A stretch of 63,842 nt of DNA, the filler included, from Octopus bimaculoides (Eukaryota): assembly GCF_001194135.2 (NCBI RefSeq). It is 8 parts of 6 records of this genome, joined end to end, with 100 filler letters (N's around TTAATTAATTAA, not from the genome) between each part and the next. Parts side by side here need not be neighbours in the genome. Positions count along the whole stretch, not along the records: positions 39,228 to 57,936 come from NC_068982.1; positions 58,037 to 60,473 come from NW_026397794.1; positions 60,574 to 63,842 come from NC_068984.1; 5 more parts are not named here. One strand, given 5' to 3'. The notes beneath the pieces were generated by a model. The model did no database searches. It was not told the DNA's origin and saw only the letters and a list, made by a program, of their open reading frames with translations. Both the position numbers and the translations under genes were made by a program. Positions 53,001 through 63,842 of the stretch are shown one piece after another (position 1 is the first letter of the stretch; each line of letters opens with the position of its first letter).

Positions 53001-54635
53001 TCTACCATATTCTGTCGCACGGTATTGGTCAGCCCTAGGCTATAGAAAACACCCAGGGTTCCACACAGGGACCAACTTGAAACCATGTAACTGAAAAGCA
53101 AACTTGTTAACGACATGAGGTACTGGTTGAGCTGTGCCTAAGGTAGAAGACATTCAAAGTATCAGACACTGGGTTTAAATCTGCAACCTTGTGGTTGGAA
53201 GTAAATTCCATGCTTGAACATACAGCAGATTTGATGAGTTAGAATTTAATATGTACACACAATCATCAGTTAAGCACTAAAATTTCCTTTTGGCTGAGTA
53301 ACAGTTTGCTCTTTCCATCTTTTTCTCTTTAATCCTTTTGATATTGACCAGCTTTTGACTGCCTATAATTCTGTGATACTAACAGTCATATTTATATTGA
53401 AACTTAATTATCGCAGAACTTTTGTAAAGTGATGTTCCAAACACCAGCCTAATAGACAAGTCTGTTACTGTATTTAAATCTACCAAAATTTCTGATTAAT
53501 TTAAAAATCAAAATACATTGACAACATGTTTTATTTGAAAATATGGTCACAAAATGATTAATTTGTTTCTTCCTTATGATCTCAATATTTTGTATGCATA
53601 CATGAAGGTTTTCAAAATTCCTGTCTGTACCACTTGAAGGCCACCATGTGCTAAAACTTTTCAAAATTACTTTTCTAAACATTTTGTTAACTAGTTAATA
53701 TTAAAAATACATAATATATTTCTGCCTTAAGATATTTTTCATTTGTTGTTTTTGTATGAATTTAACTCGTTATTCTATAATTTATTTCATAAATAAAGGG
53801 AAAATAATGCAATCGGATAAATAATCTATATAGATGAAAATACCTATTGACTTTGAAGGAGGGTGAAAAGAGTAAGCTGTGATGGTCATGTCTCTTTCAA
53901 AAACATTGCAATGTAAAATGAAATAGTTACAACTAGGAATCAACCAAATAGAGGAAATGAATTGCTAGGGGCCCTTTTCTCTGCAGTGTTTACCAGTTTC
54001 TCACACATGGCAAATGGTTGTATTTACTTAACTTCTGTTACACTGCTTAATGTCCTAGGGAAAGACATGGTCATTACTTACTGTACTTGTATTTCTGAAT
54101 GTTCAATTTACATACAATTGAAACACTGACATGGCATCAAAGTATTAAGTAGCCTAGTTTCAGAAATTTAGTACAGCTGGTAATGACCAGTGTGTGACAA
54201 ATATGGTTAGTTTATTATCCATCTTGTACTGTACACTGTTCACTTAAACTTATATTTTTTCTTTACCAATAATTTGAAAGAACACTGCCATTTTAAAATT
54301 AAAAATAATGAATAATGTAAATGCTTTTATCAGATTAACAAAGTATATTTGAATAACAAATAAATACATTACTTAAAACATGGAAAATCTGCCTGTTATT
54401 TTCTATAGTCTTTCTTCTGCTGTGGGTTGTATTTAAACCCATGTCAGTTCTTACTTAGCAGATCTATGATTAACCCTTTAGTATTCAGATTACTCTGTCA
54501 AATGAAATGTTTATTTATTTACATTTGTTTTCAATTAATAATGCATTATCTTGTACCTTTGAGATTTCAATGATATGACTGTAGCATTGTAGAATAGGTG
54601 TGAGAGGATGGTTTGAACATAAAACGAAATATTTT

Positions 54636-56727
54636 AAGAAGTTTGCTTCCCAGCCACATGGATCTGGGTTGTCTCACTGCCTGGCACAATGGGCAAAGAT
54701 TTGTTAGTGGAGACAGCTGAAAGAAACCCATCATATATATATACGTGTCTGTGCACTGCTTGACAACTGGTGTTGGTTTGTTTACATCCCAATAACTTAG
54801 CAGTTTGGCAAGAAGGAATTAATAGAATAAGTACCAAGCTTAGAAAAAAAAAATACTGGGGTTGATTTGACTAAACCCTGCAAGTTAGTGCCCCAGTATG
54901 GCTGCAATCTAATGACTGAAACAAGTGAAAAAAAAAATAGTTGGTTTAAAGGTTAAACCATCTGAACATCAGATTTCTTTTCAAGGCAGTGTGTCAAAAA
55001 CTACATTGTTGAATGTGTCCTTTTAAGACATTCAATGCTTGGAGGAGATTTGGTTACTATATCTAGCAAGTCAAGTGACCATATAGAAGAACACTTGTTA
55101 ATTTGAATTATTGTGTGTAGAGAGGTTTATTGGATTATTTCACAATGCTTGACATGCTGTCCAAAAACAGACAAATATGTCACCTGTCTTCTGTAGGCAA
55201 AGACTTAATTGTAGTAATAAGCAAGCTGACCTAACATTCACCTTACAGTCTCAGATATATAAGGAGTGGGGATTGATCTTATTAATAGAAAGGTAAACTA
55301 TTGCAACAGGTAATTCTCAGAATGTTTTGGAACTAATTACCAGTTAAATGTAATGAGAATTAAGTGATCTTGAAATAAAATATCATCAGTAAAATACAAA
55401 CTCATGAAATAAGTTTTAATACTAATTGAAGATTAAGTTTTTTTACATTTTTTTTTTTTTGAGTAAAGCATAATTTCGAACTGTTTAATTTGCTATTCTT
55501 TTATTTCAATCATTTGACTGCAGCCATGTTGTAGCACCACCTTGAAGGGTTTTGGTTGAACAAATCAACCCCAAGACTTATTCTATCAGTCTCTTTTGCT
55601 GAACCAAGTTACAAGGACGTAAACACACCAACACCAATTGTCAAGCAGTGATGGGGGTACAAATACAAAGACATGCATGTGTATATACATATATATTATA
55701 TGTAGCAGGCTTCTTTCAGTTTCCATCTACCAAATCCACTCACAAGGCTATAGTAGAAGACGGTTGCCCAAGGTGCCACACTGTGGGGCTGAAGTCCTAC
55801 TGCATATCTACACATGTGCACATTGGAGTGAATTGATGCAGGGTCCCCAAGAAAAATAGTTCAAGTACTACTTATCAATTGCTTTCCTTCAGTAATTTCT
55901 TCCATTTCTATAAGAGGAAGTCTACAGCACGAAAAATTTCTGTACCCAATACTGGTCAGTCTATTTTGGTCACCATACTAAGGTTATCAACCTTTTAAAT
56001 CCAATACTGCATCAGGATAGATCATCATTAATATCTTTCTCAAAGTATATCTATTCAAACTAATGAATGTTAATTGCAGAAACAAACTTTTTCAGCATGT
56101 AAAAGTTGGTTTGCGTATTCAATGCTAACCTAGGCTTATGTACATATAAATAACTCCCAATAAGAAATAAAAACTAAATCTTTTGAAATATTGGAAATGA
56201 GAACCTAGAAAAATAAACAACTAATCTTGAGATTTTTCATTAGTACCATGAGTTAGTGATATGAATATCCATTAGTTAGTAGCTTTATCCATACCCATTT
56301 AGTAATTTCACTTTGTAACAGTGCCACCTTACTGGCTTCCGTGCCGGTGGCATGTAAAAAACAGCATTCAAGCATGGTCACTGCCAGTGCCAGTGGCACA
56401 TAAAAAGGACCCACTACACTCTCGGAGTGGTTGGCGTTAGGAAGGGCATCCAGCTGTAGAAACTTTGCCAGATTGGATTGGAGCTGGTGCAGCCTTCTGG
56501 CTTGCCAGCCCTCGTCAAACCATCCAACCCATGCCAGCATGGAAAGCAGACATTAAATGACAATGATGATGATATGTAAGGTGCAAACATGAGTGTGTGA
56601 TTAAGAAGTTCGCTTTTCAACCATGTGGTTTCAGGTTCAGTCCCATTGCACGGCACCTTGGGCAAGTGACTTCTGGGGTCACAAATTCCTTGTGAGTAAA
56701 GTTGGTAGATGGAAACCAAGGAAGCCT

Positions 56728-56768
<41 letters not shown>

Positions 56769-56935
56769 GTGTGTCTGTATCTTTGTGTTTGTTCTTCACC
56801 ACTACTTGGCAATTAGTGTTGAGACAGAATAAGTACCAAACTTCTAAATACAATGCTGGGGTCAATTTTTTGGGCTAAACCCATCAAGACAGTGCCTCAG
56901 CATGGCTGTAGTCCAGTGACTGAAAGAAGAAAGAA
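54636..56935. mobile_element. Three SINE family A copies (54636-54930 +, 55495-55795 -, 56585-56935 +); others at 39361-39660 (+) and 44460-44610 (-)
   Basis: Family A head and tail blocks with heavy CpG-to-TpG/CpA change. Confidence 0.75.
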
Positions 56936-57437
56936 AAAAAAATGTCCACTCTTTTATACATTAGCAAAAACCAAATAGTATCCAATCAGTTGAAAAGTTT
57001 GGATGCAAGAGTTTTTAGCTTTGTTCCTAATGAATGTACAATGAACATAAGAGTGGTCATGTAATGGATTATAGATTTAATGTGATACTGAAGTAATAAG
57101 AGATCATAATGAGTTTAATACTGGAAATGAATGGCATTGCATGTATGGTAGTGACAATCATTTTACAACTCATGAGATACAAAGACAAGGAGACACAAAC
57201 ACACACACACATATATATATATATACACACTCACACATGGTGGGTTTTTAGTTTGTCTACCAAATTCCACTCACAAAACTTTGGTTGGCCTCGTCCAAAT
57301 GCCACATGATGGGACTGAACCTGGAACCATGTTGGTAAGTAAATTTCTCAATACACAGCCACGACTGCACCTGGATGTTGAATTCAAATTCTGTACTTTT
57401 AATAGAACAGCCTCTCTCTCTCTCTATATATATATAT

Positions 57438-57540
57438 AAAAGAATAAGATAAAGAGACCAATGGCAAAGGTAGAATTATATAGACTTTATACATAAAATA
57501 TAATTCTACCTTTGCCACTGGTCTCTATCTTATTCTTTTT
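57438..57540. repeat. Near-perfect inverted repeat (about 42-bp arms, 18-nt loop)
   Basis: aaagaataagataaagagaccaatggcaaaggtagaattata / tataattctacctttgccactggtctctatcttattcttt. Confidence 0.9.
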
Positions 57541-57734
57541 TATATATACACACGCTAATACACGACCCAGGTTATAATCCCCACTCATGTTGCAACCACG
57601 TCAGAGGGCAAAACCAGTCAGTATACAGCACTTACTCGGTATTACCTGTATCTTTAGGGTTTGGTTGACTCCAATACCCTTCATAACCTTTATTATATAA
57701 GAAATATAAGATAGTTCCAGAAAATACTTTAAAT

Positions 57735-57936
57735 TTGATTAATAAGGCCTCTAAATTAATAATGTTTAAATACGAACTTGATAGTAAGACAGAACCTTAT
57801 GTACCGATGCACCCTAGAATTACTTTAAAAGACCATAAAGATAATTTTTATTCTGACCCTAAAGTTAGGCTTATTTGTCCTTGTAAGTCAGATCTAGGTA
57901 AATTAAGTAAAATAATTTTAGATAAATATATTAACA
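57735..57936 (+). mobile_element. Penelope-like element, N-terminal part of reverse transcriptase, cut by scaffold end
   Basis: Uninterrupted frame PRITLKDHKDNFYSDPKVRLICPCKSDLGKLSKIILDKYIN matches the recalled PLE RT motif ITLKDHK.NF...P..RLINP.KS..GK.SK.IL. Confidence 0.7.
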
Positions 57937-58036
57937 NNNNNNNNNNNNNNNNNNNNNNNNNNNNNNNNNNNNNNNNNNNNTTAATTAATTAANNNNNNNN
58001 NNNNNNNNNNNNNNNNNNNNNNNNNNNNNNNNNNNN

Positions 58037-60473
58037 AACGTACGTACGTACGAACGAACGAACAAACGAACGAACTAACGTACGTAAGTACGAAAGTAAG
58101 AACTAAATAACGAACGTAAGAACGAACGGTCGAACGAACGAGTGAAACGCATGAACGAAGGAACGATCGTTTACACGTACGTAGTTACGAACGAGCGAAC
58201 GAACGAACGAACGTCCGTAAGAGCGAACGAACGTAGGTAAGAACGTACGGACAGACGAAAGAACGAACGAACGAACTAACGAACTTACGTATGTACGGAC
58301 GTACATAACGAATGAACGAAGGAACGAACGTACGTATGTACTTACGAACGTACAAACGAACAAACGAACGACGGAATGAACTAACGAAATAACGTACCTA
58401 GGTACGAATGTACGAACGAACGAACGTACGTACGTACGTACGAACGAACAAACGAACGTACATACATACGAACCAGTGATCGAACGTACGAACGTACGTT
58501 AGTACCTACGCACTACGAAAGAACGAACGACCGAAAGAACGAATGAACAAACGAAAGTACGTAAGTACATAAATACGTAGGTATGTACGTACGTACGAAC
58601 GAATGAACGTACGTACCTAACAACGAAAGAACAAACGAACGTACGTACATACATACGAACGAATGTACGTATGAACGAACAAACGGAAGAACGAAAGAAA
58701 GAACGAACGAACGAACGTACGTACGAACGAAAGAACGAACGTACGTACGTAAGAACGAACTAACGAACGAACGAACGTACGTACGAATGAACGAACGAAC
58801 GAACGAACAATCGAATGAACGCTTGTACGTACGTCCGGACGCAGGAACGAACGTACGTACTTACGTACGCAGGAACGAACGTACGTACGTACGTACGCAC
58901 GAACGAACGAGTGAAATCACGAACGAAGGAACGATCGTCCACACGTACGTACGTACGAACGAACGAACGTACGTTCGTACGTACGAACAATCGAACAAAC
59001 GAGACAATCAAACGGACAAACGAACGAACGAAAGAAAGAACGAACGAACTCACGTACGTACGAACGAACGAACAAAAGAACGAACGAACGAATGAAGGAA
59101 CGAACTAACGAACGAACGTAAGTACGTACGAACGAAAGAACGAACGTACGTACGAATGAACGAACGAAAGAACGAACGAACGAACGAACTAACGTACGTA
59201 CGTAAGAACGAACGATCGAACGAACTAACGAACAAAAGAATGAACGAACGAACGTACGTACGTACGTTCACACGAAATATTGAACGAACGTACGTACATG
59301 CGAATGAACGAAGGATCGAACGAACGAACGAACGAACAATCTAATGAACGTTTGTACGTACGTCCGTAAGAACGAACGAACGTACGTAAGAACGTACGGA
59401 CAGACGAAAGAACGAACGAACGAGCAAACGAACGAACGTACGTATATACGTTCGTACGTACGAACGAACGAACGAAGAAACGTACGTACATAAGTCCGTA
59501 CGTACGAAAGAACGAACGTACATACGTATGTACGTACGAAGGACCGAACCAACGAAATAAACAAACGAGCGAACAAACGAAAGAACGAAAGAACGAACTA
59601 ACGAACTTAAGTACGTACGAATGAAGAAACGAACGAACGAACGAACGAACTAATGTACGTACGTAAGAACGAACGAACGATCGAACGTACGTATGTACGT
59701 TCGCACGAAATATCGAACGAACGTACGTACATCCGAACGAACGAACAAAGGAATGAACGTTTGTACGCACGTCCGGACGCAGGAACGAACGTACGTACGA
59801 ACGAATGAACGTGCATAAGTACGTACGTGCGAACGTAGGTACGAACGAAAGAATATAAGAACAAAATAACGAACGTTTGTACGTAAGAACAAACGAACGA
59901 ACGAACGGACGAACGAACGAACGAGCGAAACGAACGAACAAAGGATCGAACGAATTATCGTACGTTAGTACCTACGTACGTACGAAAGAACGTTCGTTCG
60001 TTCGTTATTTCGTTCGTTCGTACATACGTACGTACGCACGTAGATACGCATGTGCGTTCATTTGTTCGTTCGTACGTACGTACGTTCGTTACTGCGTCCG
60101 ATCGTACTTACGTACAAACGTTTATTCGTTTGTTCGTTCATTCGTTCGATCTTTCGATCCATCCTTCGTTCGGATGTACGTACGTTCGATCGATATTTCC
60201 TGCGAACGTATATACGTACGTACATACGTACGTACATACATACGTACGTACGTACATACGTTCGTTCGTTCATTCTTTCGTTGGATCGTCCGTACGTACG
60301 TACGTTAGTTCGTTCGTTCATTTGTACGTAGATACGTAAGTACGTTTATACGTTCTTACGTACGTACGCCCGTTCGTTTAATCCTTCTTTTGTTCGTTTT
60401 TCGTTCGTTCGTTCGTACGTACATACGTACGTTCGCTCCTTCGTTCGTTCGTACGAACTTACGTTCGTTCGTT
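58037..60473. repeat. CpG-rich cryptic satellite built from ACGA/ACGT tetramers, with higher-order modules and an internal inversion at about 59990
   Basis: The whole segment is (ACGA)n/(ACGT)n variants. It reads ACGA-type to 59990 and TCGT-type afterwards; modules such as cgaaatatcgaacgaacgtacgtacatccgaacg recur in both orientations. Confidence 0.92.
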
Positions 60474-60573
60474 NNNNNNNNNNNNNNNNNNNNNNNNNNN
60501 NNNNNNNNNNNNNNNNNTTAATTAATTAANNNNNNNNNNNNNNNNNNNNNNNNNNNNNNNNNNNNNNNNNNNN

Positions 60574-60661
<88 letters not shown>

Positions 60662-61819
60662 GTCACAGGTAAATAGTTTTTCAAAAGTTCTGACATCAAA
60701 ACTTTTCATACAGTCACCACATAAAAGTTTCTGCTAAATAAAAACAAACACGTAAGTACTCACCACAAATGAATAAATATACATTTTATCTAAATATTAG
60801 TTTGGGCGTATGTTTCCGTGTATGCATGTATAAATAAATATTCCTCTACCTTTGAATACTTAGTGAGGAAGTATGTGCATTTTTGTATCAGCATGTTCAT
60901 CTGCATGTCTGTATATATTTACGGTTGTAATATTTATGTATTTATATTCTTGTTTTAATAGAAAACGTTCATTTAAATGCAGCATTCGTTGTGCTGCAGG
61001 TAAGCATGAAATTATCGACTAATTATAATTATCCTGTTTGAAGAATATAGTAAACTAAATTATCTCATTAATAAGCATAACCACGATGGAGGAAGCTTAT
61101 GGTATTTACATTTATACACTTATTTCTACTATATTTGAAAAGGAAATCTAATATTTTTTAGAATTGTAAAAATAAAAATCAGTATTATTACTTTTATAAT
61201 TATATATAGCTCAATATGTGAATAATTATTTTGTTAAACATCATTCACACATTAAAAATCATGATTAATTACTAAATAATCTATTTTAATAATTAGGAAA
61301 TTTGTAATTTTTTCCATATTGAAATAAATGAGGAGATATCGCTAAGTGCATACTGCTTTGATCGTGATAAGATTTTTAAGTAATAATTTCACGCAAATAA
61401 AAACAAACACTCGCATCCTCAACGTAGTTCCCAGGGAGACTCAGCGTGGCGCAGAATGTGACAGGATTGACCATTTAATACACAAGTACTGCTCATTTTT
61501 GACGGCTGAGTGGACTGGAGCATCGTGAAATGATGTTTCATACACAGGGGCTCACGGAGACAACGGGAATAGATTCGGTATAATTCAATGCAAACATGTG
61601 GATGGAAGAATCGCTGAAGAGGTTATATATGTGTGAGAAAAGGTTTCCAGACATTGGACGTAAGATGAAATAAGAACAATAATAAATGAGTGAAAAACGA
61701 ATGTATAGTACATGTGTTTACTTGGCAAGAAGAAAAATTACTAGCCCGAATTATAAAAATATATGTTTCAACATACGAGTTCACATCAGAATTCTTGCTA
61801 AACAAATTGAGAAATGCAT

Positions 61820-61867
<48 letters not shown>

Positions 61868-62176
61868 TTCTTTCATGTAAAAGACTGAGTGTAACGAAAA
61901 GCTTTATTTAGCACGACACCCGCTTCGGCTGCATGCTGCACTACTCCCTAGTGGGTGAATATAGATATAATGGCAAGATGCATCGCATAGCTTATCAGGC
62001 TTTACAATTTTGCACCATTTTATGTCTTGTTGTGGCGCTGATAGTAGTTTGCACATATTTTCGTGAGGTGAAGAATGTTGCAGTCAGGAAGTGGTCTATA
62101 TATAAAAAAAAGAATGCAAAGAATCTAATGTAAATGGATTGGGTGATTATAGTCGTGGTCAGGATGTGGTTGATAA

Positions 62177-63576
62177 CAATATACAGAAATATGTACATCT
62201 TAAAGGAAATTTACTATATTCAATATTTTATCCATATATTTTTTTTGTTTTTTACGAAATTTAGATATTGCTGATAATTTTAATTCTAATAAATTATTTC
62301 TCCTGACATTTTTCCAACGGTCATTGCTATCGCATCTTCAGGAATTCTGATTTGTGTATCGTGGTGATAATCTTCTTCATTGTGCTTAAATGGCACCAAA
62401 ATGTAAAGAACTGTCTGAAGATCTTAAGAAAATTTATTTTTAATTTACACAAGAATGGTTTAGTGTATACGTTAATTAGTAAACGTATACATATTAGCGT
62501 AAACACAGTTGCTAAAGTAATTCAGTAGTACAAAGCTACTGGACGGCTAAGTAATAAACATCGTCCAGGTCGTCCTTCTATTTTAACTGCGCGTGATAGA
62601 CCTCAGGCGTTGTACCGCGTCACCTATGACCCAAAATGTGTCTTCTGCTATTGGAAAAAAATGAAATCCCCCGCTAACAGTTCGCAAATGCTTCAACCGG
62701 CGTGGTCTTCATGGACGCATTCCTCGTAGGAAACCTCTCCGCATGACCAGGCATAAATCAAGTCGTTTTTCTGTTGTCAAAACTTATGTGAGTAAGGGAA
62801 AGATGTTTTGGAATAAAATTCTTTTTTCCTGATGAGACTAAAATCAACTTGTCTAGGTCAGATGGTATTAAACGAGTATGGCGACAACCAGGTGAAAATA
62901 ATAGCGACAAATGTTCCGTGCCTACCGTGAAAACGCGGCGGCAGAAATGTTATGCTTTGGGAATGCAATAGATTCGAGGCTTTATTTTGACATATTGCAG
63001 AAAACAATGTTGAAACGCATCAAAGTACAAGGAAGACATCCCGTGTTCCAACATGATGATGACCCGAAACACACTTCACATATGATGACTAAGTTTTTAT
63101 CAGATAAAAATGTAAAGGTGTTGCCTTGGCCTATATTGTTACCTGATTTAAGCCCAATACAATACGTGTGGTATTATTTTGAAAGAGAAGGTTCAGGAGA
63201 GAAAAAAACTCACAATGTTACACAGTTGAAAGACATCATTCTGAATGAATGGCGGTCGATTTCACCGGGTACGTGGGGAAATTTAGTCGACTCTATGCAT
63301 AAAATAGGTTCAGTCATTAAAAGCAAAAGCGATCACACCAAATATTGAATATAACAAGTAGTACTTTAGGGAATAGATATTTTTGTATCGTTTGAAAATT
63401 AATATTTCGTTCATATCTATGAAAATATGTAATTTTGTTGTCCAAATTTGTATAATATTCCCATGCATATTATATTTTATTCAGTATAAAATTTGTTTGA
63501 TTTCCTTCGATATTATCAGAGTAATTGCAATTTTACTGAAATGGTATAGGGGTGTACATACATCTGTGAGATACTG
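62177..63576 (+). mobile_element. Decayed Tc1-family DNA transposon, about 1.4 kb
   Basis: Right TIR (reverse complement CAGTATCTCACAGATGTATGTACACC) at 63551-63576 is followed by TA. A degenerate left TIR caatatacagaaatatgtacatc lies at about 62177-62199. Confidence 0.75.
62390..63348 (+). pseudogene. Tc1 (DD34E) transposase pseudogene
   Basis: Reads MAPKCKELSEDLKK...RPGRP...FPDETKINL..SDG.KRVWR...FQHDDDPKHTS...WPILLPDLSPIQYVW. There are 34 residues between the second catalytic D and the E position (here Q), plus several frameshifts and stops. Confidence 0.9.
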
Positions 63577-63806
63577 TATGTATGCACATACATACGGGCA
63601 GACATCACTCATCCTGTTGATTCACGCCTTCTCCTATATAGATGCATACAAGTATCCACTCACATACACACGTACACATACTCACTTATATGCTCACTCC
63701 TACCATTTGACTTATGTGCATAGATGCATCCAACTACATTTACACATTCACCGACATACACACATAAGAGTACACGCAAGCACATGTGCGCATGTATATA
63801 TAAATA

Positions 63807-63842
<36 letters not shown>

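Noticed and set aside
58037-60473. Satellite as a CRISPR array or as a repetitive RSFV/RTYV protein gene
   Set aside because: No fixed repeat with unique spacers and no cas genes; ORFs appear in most frames purely because of tetramer periodicity.

Overview
This is AT-rich, microsatellite- and SINE-dense eukaryotic DNA. The repeat families and tract types point to a coleoid cephalopod, most likely Octopus (inference, not database-checked). The window is not one contig. Seven identical 100-bp spacers (44 N + TTAATTAATTAA + 44 N) split it into eight segments: 1-9865, 9966-13576, 13677-20002, 20103-35248, 35349-39127, 39228-57936, 58037-60473 and 60574-63842. The only host gene I can support is the 3' part of Daxx, as five spliced + strand exons (40294-49878). 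They encode the C-terminal half of the histone-binding domain, an acidic tract and the terminal SUMO-interacting motif EVIVLSDSD; the 5' exons are not in this segment. The rest is mostly transposon debris: several SINE families, piggyBac-type and hAT-type MITEs, CR1 and RTE LINE fragments, Penelope-like (PLE) fragments and a decayed Tc1 element. The most notable non-coding signals are two minimal type-I hammerhead ribozyme motifs, a repeated HDV-ribozyme-like motif whose P2 helix I could not find, several fold-back elements, a CpG-rich ACGA/ACGT satellite with an internal inversion, and a segment-wise CpG-decay pattern that looks like a record of gene-body methylation. Almost all ORFs in the supplied track are microsatellite or N-gap artefacts. 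I found no CRISPR, rRNA or intact tRNA. Repeat boundaries are approximate (about +/-15 bp) unless a TSD or splice site is quoted.
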